From IMG/VR virus record IMGVR_UViG_3300031088_000793: 64,000 nucleotides of DNA; one strand, given 5' to 3'. The stretch comes from a virus. Lineage: Duplodnaviria > Heunggongvirae > Uroviricota > Caudoviricetes. The notes beneath the pieces were generated by a model, which was not told the origin of the DNA, searched no databases, and saw nothing but the letters and a program-made list of their open reading frames with translations. Position 1 is the first letter of the stretch, and each line of letters begins with the position of its first letter. The translations under genes and the position numbers were made by a program. Shown one piece after another: positions 44,912-53,811 of the stretch.

Positions 44912-45082
44912 CTAATCCTGAGGGCTAGAGTCCTGGTCTGCGGTTCCATGAGTTCCGAAGAGCCGGTGGACCATCATGCCGAAGGTTCCCCGAGACAGAT
45001 GACCGCAGCCCTCTGCCTCACAGCCATAGGGCTCGAGATCCTGGCCGCGCATGATGAGCTCGTAGCTGTCGTTCCAGTTCAT
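44912..45082 (-). CDS. 56-aa C2H2-like zinc finger, not in the ORF track
   Basis: Manual translation: ...PYGCEAEGCGHLSRGTFGMMVHRLFGTH. SD AGGAG. Confidence 0.7.
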   Translation of the reverse strand: MNWNDSYELIMRGQDLEPYGCEAEGCGHLSRGTFGMMVHRLFGTHGTADQDSSPQD

Positions 45083-45106
45083 AGCTCTCCTAGTAGATCA
45101 GTCCCT

Positions 45107-45784
45107 CTACTTCTGCTGCTTCCGCTTCAGCCCAGCGAGGTAGGTACGGATGGCAGTCGGAGCCACATACGCTCCGAGGCTCATGCCCAGGGCAAGGGAG
45201 TCGCTCTCGAGGTTCTTGGCCTCCCGGTCGATGACCTCCGCGACATCTCGGAGGATCTCGGCGTCGATGGGCTCCGGCACTGAGACAGCAGGCTCGGCCT
45301 GCGGCTTCGAGCTCTCAGGTGCAGCGTCGATCCAGTCGTAGTCGAGCTCGCCGGCCTCTCCCAGGATGGCGTTGTCCGGGTTCCATCCCTCCCAGCCGTA
45401 CTCCAGCGGATCGATCAGAAGATCGAGGCCGGCGTCTCGGAGCATGGCGAGCTGCTCGCTGATCCGCTGAGCGATCTCGTAGCGCGGCTTGGGCAGCATC
45501 TTGCCGAAGAAGGCGGGCTGGCCGAAGTACTCATCCACGATGAGCTCCCGGTAGCCGTAGACGGGCTTGCCCTGGACGAGGCCGACGGGCTCCTTGTTCA
45601 CGGTGATGTTGATGCTCTCAGCCGATCCGACCCGGTTGGTGTAGTACCAGTGCTCCGGGCTGTGGTCGGTGAAGCCGAACTCTCGGAGCCGCTCCTCCGA
45701 GGGGAGCGGGGTGATGCCGTCCCAGCCAGCCCACTGGATGCGGCCGTCCTTGGGATCGATCTCGGAGAGTTCAGCGTTGGCCAT
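45107..45784 (-). CDS. Hypothetical protein
   Basis: Start moved to MANAEL. Confidence 0.7.
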   Translation of the reverse strand: MANAELSEIDPKDGRIQWAGWDGITPLPSEERLREFGFTDHSPEHWYYTNRVGSAESINITVNKEPVGLVQGKPVYGYRELIVDEYFGQPAFFGKMLPKPRYEIAQRISEQLAMLRDAGLDLLIDPLEYGWEGWNPDNAILGEAGELDYDWIDAAPESSKPQAEPAVSVPEPIDAEILRDVAEVIDREAKNLESDSLALGMSLGAYVAPTAIRTYLAGLKRKQQK

Positions 45785-45839
45785 GGTCAGCCCTTTCGGC
45801 AGTTGGAGGAAGTGGTGGAGTGTCTGTGGAGCGCGGAGG

Positions 45840-46277
45840 CTACGAGAGCTCGTTGAGCTCGTCGGTGAGAAGCAGGATGACCTTGGAGTCAAGCTCGAAG
45901 ATCTCCCTGGCGATGGCGGCGAGCTCGGACTCGCCCTGGGCTTCGAGGAGGTCGTGGAAGGCGGCGCGCTTGATGTGAGACTGCTCGATGAGCTTGCCTC
46001 GCTGAGCCATCTGGGCGCCTCGCTCCGAGACGAACTCCTGATCGATGTCCAGCCTCTCTGCGATCTTCGCACGGAGGAGATCGTCGAAGCCGTCGCTGTC
46101 AACATCACCCTGGAGCACGAAGTTGCCTCCGGTCCAAGTGGACCATTCGCCGGTCTGCGAGCACTTGAGCTCCAGGGAGAAGGTCAGTTCCTGGAGGCCA
46201 TCGGGTAGAGCTTCTCCGCCGTTGACTCGAGCGACTGCGTGGCCGTTGAGGGGAATCGAAGCAAAGGAGATCATCAT
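45840..46277 (-). CDS. Hypothetical protein
   Basis: Leaderless TATGAT promoter, start MMISF. Confidence 0.7.
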   Translation of the reverse strand: MMISFASIPLNGHAVARVNGGEALPDGLQELTFSLELKCSQTGEWSTWTGGNFVLQGDVDSDGFDDLLRAKIAERLDIDQEFVSERGAQMAQRGKLIEQSHIKRAAFHDLLEAQGESELAAIAREIFELDSKVILLLTDELNELS

Positions 46278-46395
46278 GGGGCCATCATACGCCGGAGCAG
46301 GGCTGGAGGCAACAGCTGTTTCCAGTTTGCCTCCAGCCAGACAGAGGAAGGGCCACACTCCCGGAGGAATGTGGCCCAGAGATCCTGGCTGATCG

Positions 46396-46665
46396 TCAGT
46401 TGGGGATGGGGAGGTGTCCGCTGGGGAGGAGGATGACGCCCCGGGCTTCGAGCTCCCTGGCGATGTACTCCAGGTCGTGCTGGAGGATCACGGGCTCGTA
46501 GCCGATGGTGCCGCCCAGGGTGTGGATGTAGCGCGGGGGATCGAAGCGCTGAGCCTTGGCCAGGGCCTTCTGCGCCTTGAGGTAGTGACGCTTCAGCCTC
46601 CAGGTCGAGAGCTCGAGGGCGAGGTGGAGGGGACGAACCGGAGTGCGGTCGAGGGTGGTGGTCAT
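46396..46665 (-). CDS. Paralogue of 40113..40454
   Basis: Shared LST..LK.HYLK..PRY.HT motif, leaderless. Confidence 0.8.
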   Translation of the reverse strand: MTTTLDRTPVRPLHLALELSTWRLKRHYLKAQKALAKAQRFDPPRYIHTLGGTIGYEPVILQHDLEYIARELEARGVILLPSGHLPIPN

Positions 46666-46763
46666 AGGTGAAACCATACACCACCCTCGGCTCAAGTCAA
46701 CGGTCAGCTCTCGCTCTAGACCTCGACGAAGAGCTGAATCTATCTCGGATGGACGGGAAGGTA

Positions 46764-47162
46764 TCAGTGGGAGGCTCGAAGGCCGATCTCACTGTAGATG
46801 GCGGGCTTCCAAGACTCGATGGTGGCTGCGGTCGCGGGGAGCTCACCCTCCGAGATCTTCGCTGCGAGGAGCTCAAAGCCCCGGCGCTGACGGCTCGCCG
46901 AGAGCTTCCTGAAGCCCGGATGGCCGTCGAGACTGTTCCAGATCTTCTCGACCATCTCATCGGAGAACTCAGGATGTGGCTCAGCCCGGAGCTCGTCCAC
47001 CTCGTCCGACCTGAACAGTCCACCCCTCTGGCCTCCATCGACCACTGTGCGGCCAGTCTCGGGGTCCTGCTCCACCGTGTGGCCAGAGCGACGGAGGTTC
47101 CTCGTCGCTGTCTCCCGGAGCTGTCTAGCCAGCTCCTGCGCCCTATTGCTGTAGCTCGGCAT
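46764..47162 (-). CDS. Hypothetical protein
   Basis: Start moved to MPSYSN. Confidence 0.7.
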   Translation of the reverse strand: MPSYSNRAQELARQLRETATRNLRRSGHTVEQDPETGRTVVDGGQRGGLFRSDEVDELRAEPHPEFSDEMVEKIWNSLDGHPGFRKLSASRQRRGFELLAAKISEGELPATAATIESWKPAIYSEIGLRASH

Positions 47163-47164
47163 CC

Positions 47165-47407
47165 TCAGTTCTCCTCGGGCGCTTCGGAGGGGCACTTGCT
47201 CAGCCCGAGCTCGGCGTAGATGGAGCTGAGCTTAGCGTCCGTCGCCTCCTTCGAGGCCGGACCCTCGTCCGCCATGACCCAGTTCCTGAGGCTGTCGACT
47301 CCCTGGAGCTGAAGCTCCTCCGGGAGCGCACCGAAGTCCGGGTTGCTAGCAAGCGCTGCCCAGACATGGCCGCCGACGAAGTCAGTGGGTGGGGTGTGTT
47401 CTGCCAT
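47165..47407 (-). CDS. Hypothetical protein
   Basis: Start moved to MAEHTP. Confidence 0.65.
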   Translation of the reverse strand: MAEHTPPTDFVGGHVWAALASNPDFGALPEELQLQGVDSLRNWVMADEGPASKEATDAKLSSIYAELGLSKCPSEAPEEN

Positions 47408-47492
47408 CGATCTATTCCTGTTCCTCAAGGGAGCTAGCTGGAGCTCCAGTATCCTATCATGGAGCAGCTCACCGCAGAGCTGCCGGGGAGAG

Positions 47493-48449
47493 TTAGCGGG
47501 GGCTAACTGTCTGCAGCACTAGAGCCTTCGAGCCGTGGGTCCGGAGCACACCCCGGCCGAGGTTGGAGAGGAGCCGGGTGCTGATACCCTCGCTGTCCTC
47601 GGGGCTCAGAGGCTCGCCCATCGTGATCTTCCTACCGAAGCGGTTAGTGCCGATGGTCGGAGCGCTTCTCGGAGAGAAGAGATTGGCTACGAGGTGGACT
47701 CCGACCTGCTCACCGAAGCCAAGGATGTCCCGAGCCCAGATCCCCTCGTTGGCTCCATCGAAGGCTTCGAGGTGATCAGCAAAGAGGAAGATCGGAGCCA
47801 TGGGTCCCTGGGCTGCTTCGTAGTCAGCTGAGTTCTTCAGACCGTAGCGCTGGAGCAGCTCAAGCCTCTCATGGAGTACCTCTGCGACTGTCTCGGCGAT
47901 GAGAGTAGACTCACCAACTCCTCGGCCGACTCGCACAGAGTTGAGCTCGGAAACACCGTCCTTGTAGCCCTCGCTGAGGGGGTCGAGGAGCCAGACAGAT
48001 GACGCTCCATTCCTAGCGGCGGTCTGAGCGGCTAGAGCAGTCAGCAGCGCTGTCTTGCCAGTGCCCGTAGCTCCTGTGATCAGCGTGTGGGCAGCATAGC
48101 CCAGATCGATGGAGACGGTCTCTCTGCTCGAGGTCTTACCGAGCGCAAGGACCAGCCTGCTGTCCTGGTGGGGCCGAGGTAGTCCAGCGATGGCGTACTC
48201 GTCGAGGAGTGTGTCGTAGCGCTTGACATCCTGGAGGCTGAGGCTCCGGGGAATGAGATCGCCCTCGGTGATGATTCCCTCTTCCTGAAAGAGCTCCAGA
48301 AGGCTGGCAACTGCTCTGCTATCCCGGGAGAGAGTGACCAGGAAAGGTTTGCCCTTGAGCCTGGGATCGGCGGAGGTGAGCCTGAAGGCTCCATCCCGGT
48401 GATCGTAGCGGATTCTCACGCTGTCGAGATCGATGGCATCTTTGGCCAT
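47493..48449 (-). CDS. FtsK/HerA/TraD-like P-loop ATPase, short, atypical Walker B
   Basis: LALGK..IDL..AHTLITGATGTGKT. FLFADHL where LVIDE is expected. Confidence 0.7.
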   Translation of the reverse strand: MAKDAIDLDSVRIRYDHRDGAFRLTSADPRLKGKPFLVTLSRDSRAVASLLELFQEEGIITEGDLIPRSLSLQDVKRYDTLLDEYAIAGLPRPHQDSRLVLALGKTSSRETVSIDLGYAAHTLITGATGTGKTALLTALAAQTAARNGASSVWLLDPLSEGYKDGVSELNSVRVGRGVGESTLIAETVAEVLHERLELLQRYGLKNSADYEAAQGPMAPIFLFADHLEAFDGANEGIWARDILGFGEQVGVHLVANLFSPRSAPTIGTNRFGRKITMGEPLSPEDSEGISTRLLSNLGRGVLRTHGSKALVLQTVSPR

Positions 48450-48529
48450 GGTGGTGTCCTATCTTCGGCCGGCTACCCGCCGGTTGGGAGAGCTCCCAGA
48501 AGAGCTCCAGCACCGTGGTACCGAAAGGA

Positions 48530-48997
48530 CTAGGGCCTGATGACCTTGACGAGCTTGGGCCTCCGACGCTCAATCCTACCTCGCACGGCCAGCACGGCGA
48601 GGAAGATTCCCAGAGCCAGCGGCACGAGGGGCACTACCGCGAGGCCGAGGAGCCCCCAGCCAGCCTGGCTCGAGGGCTGGGCCACTGCGACGAAGATCAG
48701 CGTGGAGTAGAGCGCAGCGATGCCGTTGGCCACGAGATAGCCGATCACGGCTGTCCTGCCGAGCTTCAGCACGGGATAGAAGAAGGCACCGAAGAAGAGG
48801 AGCTCTGCAGCGAGGCAGATAGCCAGCGTGAGAAAGACACCGTCCCAGGGTCCAGCGGGGAGGTAGCTCTGTCTCTCAGCTGCGACCGATGCCTGTAGCC
48901 AGTAGCCATTGGAGATGAGCTGAGCGAGCGCCGGTAGGACTCCGAGGAAATAGCTCACTCCGGCGAGGCTGAGCACTCGGTTCTTGAAGATCTCCAT
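48530..48997 (-). CDS. 4-TM membrane protein
   Basis: Hydrophobic helices. Start moved to MEIFKN. Confidence 0.7.
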   Translation of the reverse strand: MEIFKNRVLSLAGVSYFLGVLPALAQLISNGYWLQASVAAERQSYLPAGPWDGVFLTLAICLAAELLFFGAFFYPVLKLGRTAVIGYLVANGIAALYSTLIFVAVAQPSSQAGWGLLGLAVVPLVPLALGIFLAVLAVRGRIERRRPKLVKVIRP

Positions 48998-49025
48998 GGA
49001 AGGACTATCGACCGGGAGCGCGGCT

Positions 49026-49208
49026 TTAGTCTTCGACAGCTTCACAGTTGATCCAGCACTTGCCCTCAGCATAGAGGGGGTGACCGGTGAGTCCCCAGAT
49101 CGCCATGAGCGCAATGACTAGGGGTAGGACCAGCATGGCTGCGTCGAAAAGGCTAAGCCCCCGTTCCTCGATCTCCTCGAAGTTCTGGGTCATGTTCTGT
49201 TTAGCCAT
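49026..49208 (-). CDS. Small single-TM protein
   Basis: SD GGAG, downstream of repeat copy 1. Confidence 0.65.
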   Translation of the reverse strand: MAKQNMTQNFEEIEERGLSLFDAAMLVLPLVIALMAIWGLTGHPLYAEGKCWINCEAVED

Positions 49209-49218
49209 AGGAGTCTCC

Positions 49219-49307
49219 CTCGAAGCCGTCGGTTTGCTACTGCTATCCTAACGAGGGAGCCGCCCGGAGGCTCCTTCTGGGGCTCCGGGCGGCTCTCGAT
49301 CGGCCTC
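49219..49307 (-). repeat. 89-bp terminator-plus-promoter cassette, copy 1
   Basis: 87/89 identity to 49523-49611. 13-bp stem GAGCCGCCCGGAG/CTCCGGGCGGCTC and TAGGAT. Confidence 0.9.
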
Positions 49308-49338
49308 TCCAATCGGCAGAAGATTTCCAGTTCTGAGT

Positions 49339-49509
49339 CTATCTAAATAGTGAGAGGACTGATACGGTTCCTACTATTAGTAGGACGACGAGAAAAAGAG
49401 CATCGTCTCGAACTACCCTCCAGTTTGCTTCCGAACGGGGCCTTTCGACGAAGTCTTCAGCTCTCTGCTTGTTGTCCCAGCCGTAGTGGGTTCGCTGGTC
49501 ATCATCCAT
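49339..49509 (-). CDS. 56-aa C-terminal-TM protein between the repeats, not in the ORF track
   Basis: Manual translation MDDDQRTHYGW...ALFLVVLLIVGTVSVLSLFR. Lower GC. Confidence 0.65.
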   Translation of the reverse strand: MDDDQRTHYGWDNKQRAEDFVERPRSEANWRVVRDDALFLVVLLIVGTVSVLSLFR

Positions 49510-49522
49510 GGCAAGTCACTTT

Positions 49523-49611
49523 CTCGAAGCCTTCGGTTTGCTACTGCTATCCTAACGAAGGAGCCGCCCGGAGGCTCCTTCTGGGGCTCCGGGCGGCTCT
49601 CGATCGGCCTC
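49523..49611 (-). repeat. 89-bp terminator-plus-promoter cassette, copy 2
   Basis: 87/89 identity to 49219-49307. Confidence 0.9.
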
Positions 49612-49984
49612 AGATGGTGGCGAGGGGGACCAGCTTGATGTTGTTGTTGAAGGTGAGCTCGACCGTGAAGATCTCGCCGGACATCTCGATGGTGTCGCCG
49701 AGCTCGACCTGGGTGCGCTCGACGCGCTCCTGGGGGTGAGCCGAGATCATCACGCCCTCGTTGACGGCGAAGAAGAGGTCGTGGCCGAGGCTGCGGGCCC
49801 GCTCGACCAGGGCCTCGTTGCCGTCGTAGGTGTCCAGGGCGGAGCCCATGGTGAAGTGGTGGGAGTAGGTGGGGATCTCGCCGCGGTAGTTCTTCAGCTT
49901 CACGGCGATGCGGTCACCGGGGATGAACTTGTGGGCGGTGGCGGCGACGGTGGGGACGGTGGTGGCGTTCTGCGTGGCGTTCAT
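49610..49984 (-). CDS. Hypothetical protein
   Basis: Leaderless TTGTGC/TATGAT promoter, start MNAT. Confidence 0.8.
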   Translation of the reverse strand: MNATQNATTVPTVAATAHKFIPGDRIAVKLKNYRGEIPTYSHHFTMGSALDTYDGNEALVERARSLGHDLFFAVNEGVMISAHPQERVERTQVELGDTIEMSGEIFTVELTFNNNIKLVPLATI

Positions 49985-50264
49985 AGGTCCATCATACGCC
50001 GCGGTGGATCTGCAGCACAACCACCAGTTTGGAAACTGGCTGCAGAAGTTTCCGAAGCCCCGGAGAGCATCGGTAGTGTGCTCACATTCAGTGTGAGATA
50101 CATCAGTCTTTGCACACTATTGTGCGCAGTCTGCAACTATAGTACGCGATCTAAGCGTCCGGCTCAGCCAGCATCCACGATGATGCGACAGAGCGCTTCG
50201 AGGCGCTCAGAGCAGCAGCTATGGCCAGAGGAGCATCGGACAATCCAGCTCTAGGCTAGATAGC

Positions 50265-50459
50265 TCATCGGGCTTTCAGCGCTGCAGCACGGATCTCCTC
50301 CATGAGCTCCCGGCGCTTAGCAGCTGCGTCGAAGCGGCTCTCGAAGTGGACCCGGTTGATGGCGTCTTCGAGCTCACCCAGGGAGACCGTGACTAGGAGC
50401 TCTCGCTCTCCACGCTCGGTGATGGACCTGTCTGGAGCTCTCTGCTCACTCTTGGCCAT
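50265..50459 (-). CDS. Small hypothetical protein
   Basis: SD AAGGA. Confidence 0.6.
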   Translation of the reverse strand: MAKSEQRAPDRSITERGERELLVTVSLGELEDAINRVHFESRFDAAAKRRELMEEIRAAALKAR

Positions 50460-50492
50460 TGCCTATCCTTCCATCCAGCTGAGCCAGATCTC

Positions 50493-50885
50493 TTACTTCG
50501 GGAGGCTGTCGTAGTACTCCTGAGTGACCCAGACTCGGCGGATGCCCTCCATGTCCTCGAAGCGGACTCGCTCCATCTCCACATCCTTGCCGTCTACCAC
50601 CATCTCCCGTACGCTGAAGCGGCCCTTGTAGGCCGAGTAGCGCATGTGGACAGTGCCGTCAGCTGAATCGCAGACTCGATCCTCACAGGGAAGCTCCCGC
50701 TCCTCACCGTCGCTATCGATGTAGGCCCAGTCCCAGGGCCTCTCTGAGAAGTTGGTGCTCATGATCAGCGAGTAGGGAGGAATCTCCTCCCGCTCCACAT
50801 AGGTCAGACAGCCCGTGAGCAGGAAGAGCCCTGCCACCGCCAGGCCGATGGGAGCCAGCACTCGGCGCCGTAGGATTCCTGTCAT
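50493..50885 (-). CDS. Lipoprotein, family L copy 3
   Basis: LTGC lipobox, WAYIDSDG..C..C.SADG. Confidence 0.8.
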   Translation of the reverse strand: MTGILRRRVLAPIGLAVAGLFLLTGCLTYVEREEIPPYSLIMSTNFSERPWDWAYIDSDGEERELPCEDRVCDSADGTVHMRYSAYKGRFSVREMVVDGKDVEMERVRFEDMEGIRRVWVTQEYYDSLPK

Positions 50886-50889
50886 CTGT

Positions 50890-51300
50890 CTACTCCTTGT
50901 CCTCGGGGATGCTATCGCTGGGAGCCCAGGCTCGACGAACTCCCTCGATGTCGGTGCGGACTCGGCTCATCTTGCGCTCGAAGCTCCCGTCCACGGTGAT
51001 CTTCCTAACATGGACATAGCCATCCTCATCGACGGTGTAGCTGAAGCTCAGCACGCCATCGTCGGACTCACAGATCGTTCGGGAGAAGATCCCATCCCGG
51101 GAGCACTCTGTCGCTCGCTGCTCTCCCGAGCCATCGATGTAGGTGAAGTCACGCTTGCGGTTCTCGTCGCGCTCCTTCTGGAGAAGCACCGTGTAGGCAG
51201 GGAGCTCTCCAGCTGGAATCTCCGGCGCGCAGCCAGTGAGGAGGAAGAGCCCCACCAGGCCGACGCCCAGGGGAGCGAGAGCTCGCTTTCTGAGATTCAT
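50890..51300 (-). CDS. Lipoprotein, family L copy 4
   Basis: LTGC, RDFTYID..EC..CESDDGVLSF. Confidence 0.85.
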   Translation of the reverse strand: MNLRKRALAPLGVGLVGLFLLTGCAPEIPAGELPAYTVLLQKERDENRKRDFTYIDGSGEQRATECSRDGIFSRTICESDDGVLSFSYTVDEDGYVHVRKITVDGSFERKMSRVRTDIEGVRRAWAPSDSIPEDKE

Positions 51301-51304
51301 CTAC

Positions 51305-51724
51305 TTACTCCTGCACTTCGGGGATGCTGTCGCTGGGAGCCCAGGCTCGCCGGGTGCCCTCCATGTCGGTGGAGATCCGGCTCATCTTGCGCTCAGAGCC
51401 ATCCACGGTGATCTCCCGAAGTCGAACCCGGCTCTTCCGCATCGAGTACTCGAAGCTCAGCACGCCGTCGGCGGACTCGCAGACCGTCCGGGAGAAGGCG
51501 CCGTTCTTCTTGGAGCACTCTGTCTCCTGCACCGCTCCCGTGGAGTCGATGTAGCTGAAGTCCCGCTTGCCGTCCTCATCCCGGCTGTCCTTCTGCAGCA
51601 CCGTGTAGGCGGGGAGATCCTCTGCGGGGATCACCTGCATACAGCCCGTGAGCACTGTGAGGAGCGCCAGGGCTCCAGCGAAGCCTCCGAACACGCGGCG
51701 CTTGAGTCGCTTCTGAACAGCCAT
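51305..51724 (-). CDS. Lipoprotein, family L copy 5
   Basis: LTGC, close paralogue of 50890..51300. Confidence 0.85.
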   Translation of the reverse strand: MAVQKRLKRRVFGGFAGALALLTVLTGCMQVIPAEDLPAYTVLQKDSRDEDGKRDFSYIDSTGAVQETECSKKNGAFSRTVCESADGVLSFEYSMRKSRVRLREITVDGSERKMSRISTDMEGTRRAWAPSDSIPEVQE

Positions 51725-51726
51725 GG

Positions 51727-52002
51727 TCAGGCCGCCTTCGACTTCTCAGCGTCCCGGCTGTCCCAGTAGGCCTCCCGGGCCATCTGGAGTGCGGGGGACT
51801 CGGTGACGGTGAAGCCCTTGGCCTCCCACCAGCTCTTGGGCTCTTCGGTGAAGCGCTTGCCCTCGAACTCGGTGCTGCACATCACTCCTCCGAAGGGAGC
51901 TGACGAGCCGATGAGGTGCTCGATCTCCCCGTCCTTCTCCCGGGAGAGGATCACGGGAGCGGTGCCATAGAGGAGACCGTCCTCTGAGCGCTTGAGTGGC
52001 AT
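51727..52002 (-). CDS. Hypothetical protein
   Basis: SD AAGGAAAG, first gene of the lipoprotein operon. Confidence 0.7.
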   Translation of the reverse strand: MPLKRSEDGLLYGTAPVILSREKDGEIEHLIGSSAPFGGVMCSTEFEGKRFTEEPKSWWEAKGFTVTESPALQMAREAYWDSRDAEKSKAA

Positions 52003-52090
52003 GGGCTTTCCTTAGAACTGGGGTAGACAGAGGGAGAGGGAGGAGCCGCCGAAGCGACCCCTCCCGGAGGGTTTGAGTTGAGCTCGAGGC

Positions 52091-52477
52091 TCAGTAGGAG
52101 TAGTTGCGGTGGTAGACGGCCTTGCCGGCGCTGAAGGGCGTGCCGTGGCTGGTCCAGCCGTTCTTGGTGAGGCGGACGACGCGGGGCTCGAGGTCGTTAC
52201 CCTCGTCGTCCTTCTCGACGACCATCATGGAGGCGCGCTCCTCGTCGGTGTAGGTGTGGCTCCAGACGGGGAAGGGGCCCTCGAAGTAGGCGGGGTGGTG
52301 GCCGGTGGTCAGATCGACGATCTTGAGCTTCCGGACCTTGGCGGTCTTGCCCGAGGCGGAGAGGGCGACGATGACGAAGGGGTAGGCGTCGCTGGGGAAG
52401 TGCATGGTCATGCCATCGCCGACGGCGAGGGGCTTCTCGGTGGTGGCGGGAGCGGTGGGGTTCGTGGTGGCGTTCAT
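52091..52477 (-). CDS. Phage-type hypothetical protein (VG.G.T.....D.YP..I)
   Basis: Leaderless. 19-bp start module identical to 49974-49992. Confidence 0.8.
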   Translation of the reverse strand: MNATTNPTAPATTEKPLAVGDGMTMHFPSDAYPFVIVALSASGKTAKVRKLKIVDLTTGHHPAYFEGPFPVWSHTYTDEERASMMVVEKDDEGNDLEPRVVRLTKNGWTSHGTPFSAGKAVYHRNYSY

Positions 52478-52587
52478 AGGTCCATAGTACAACGGGACTT
52501 TTTCCAGCGCAACGGTCAGTTGAAACTTCTTTTCAGCCTGTGAGCAGCCCGCTACGGGCTGTTCTGAGATCTACCCTCTTCACAGAG

Positions 52588-52622
52588 CTAGGCCCCGGAG
52601 CTCGAAAGCGTCCGGGGCCTAG
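52588..52622. terminator. Hairpin after 52642..52968
   Basis: CTAGGCCCCGGA/TCCGGGGCCTAG. Confidence 0.7.
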
Positions 52623-52641
52623 GGGAGTGAGGGCTGAGAGG

Positions 52642-52968
52642 TCACTGACCGCCGTCGTAATCCTCGCCGTACTCCGACTGGTCCTCGTCGTGGTCGTCCC
52701 GGCCGCCGAGATCCGTGATGGTCTGAGGGGAGATCGTGTAGTCTTCCTCCTTGTTGCCGAGGTAGCTCTCGAGGCTGTGACGGCCCTGGGCCTTGAGGTG
52801 CTTCTCCCACTGAGCGGTGAGCCGAGCCTTCTCCTCAGCGCGGTCCTTCTCGACGATCTCCTGAGCCTGCTCGTAGCTGCAGCGGAAGATGCCGACGACA
52901 TCGACGGGGCTCTCTCCGTGGCCAGCGTCGGTCTTGGTGATGAGGTAGGCGCTCTGTGTGGTGGTCAT
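52642..52968 (-). CDS. Hypothetical protein
   Basis: Leaderless. Start module identical to 62246-62268. Confidence 0.8.
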   Translation of the reverse strand: MTTTQSAYLITKTDAGHGESPVDVVGIFRCSYEQAQEIVEKDRAEEKARLTAQWEKHLKAQGRHSLESYLGNKEEDYTISPQTITDLGGRDDHDEDQSEYGEDYDGGQ

Positions 52969-53035
52969 GGGGAAACACTATATGGCTTCGCCAGGGAGCG
53001 CAACCACCAGTTCGGACTCAATCTCCCGATAGCGC

Positions 53036-53398
53036 TCAGAGGATAGCAGCGAAGAGTAGATCCGCCTGAGAGCCTTCGAAGCGAATCACTCCCACATCGC
53101 CGTAGTCCCGCCGGTAGAGCTCGAGCTCCGTGCCCATTGAGCTCGCTGCCGACTGGAGCGCAAGGTGCTGAGCGCCACTGACAAGAACGAAGGCTATGTA
53201 GCCCCGCATGGGCTCATCCCAGCCCGGAGAGATTGAGCCTCTGTCACCTCCGCAAGACGCTCGAGTCTCGAAGCCAGCTGACCAGAGCTGTTCCAGACCA
53301 TCGGCCAGAGACTCGTCCACGGAAAAGCCGCGGGAGCTCATCCTCTGGGGATGGTAGGTGGAGGGCGTAGGTGCTGCGGCTCCGAGCTTGCTACCCAA
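53036..53398 (-). CDS. Hypothetical protein (G.ET..SC.G motif)
   Basis: ORF in operon, start uncertain. Confidence 0.6.
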   Translation of the reverse strand: MGSKLGAAAPTPSTYHPQRMSSRGFSVDESLADGLEQLWSAGFETRASCGGDRGSISPGWDEPMRGYIAFVLVSGAQHLALQSAASSMGTELELYRRDYGDVGVIRFEGSQADLLFAAIL

Positions 53399-53401
53399 GG
53401 C

Positions 53402-53809
53402 TCAGCTCTCGTAGACAGCGCCGGAGGGGAGCTTCACGGCGAGCTGGAAGAAACGGTTGATTTCCTCCCAGCGCTCGATGGTCTCATCGGGATCTTCGGC
53501 GACGGCTCGCAGCCGGTCGAGGGGAAGCTCAGCCAGGAAGAGCGCAGCGAGCTGCAGGTTCTCCCCCATGATCAGCGCGTCGAAGTGCATCAGGTCGAGG
53601 AACTCTCCACCTCCGGGAACCTTGCCGACGGGAGTGGAGAAGTGGTTGACGAAGTTGCCGTAGGTCCACCCGATGGAGGGCTCTTCGAGCTTCTCGCCGG
53701 TGTAGAGGTTTCCGGCAGCGTCGAAGAAGTGCTGTTTGGCAGCGCGGGGCTCCCAGGAATCAGGAGTCTTCGCTCGGAGGTTCTGGACCAGGTCCAGCGC
53801 CATGCCCAT
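53402..53809 (-). CDS. Hypothetical protein
   Basis: Directly after the upstream stop. Confidence 0.7.
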   Translation of the reverse strand: MGMALDLVQNLRAKTPDSWEPRAAKQHFFDAAGNLYTGEKLEEPSIGWTYGNFVNHFSTPVGKVPGGGEFLDLMHFDALIMGENLQLAALFLAELPLDRLRAVAEDPDETIERWEEINRFFQLAVKLPSGAVYES

Positions 53810-53811
53810 GG

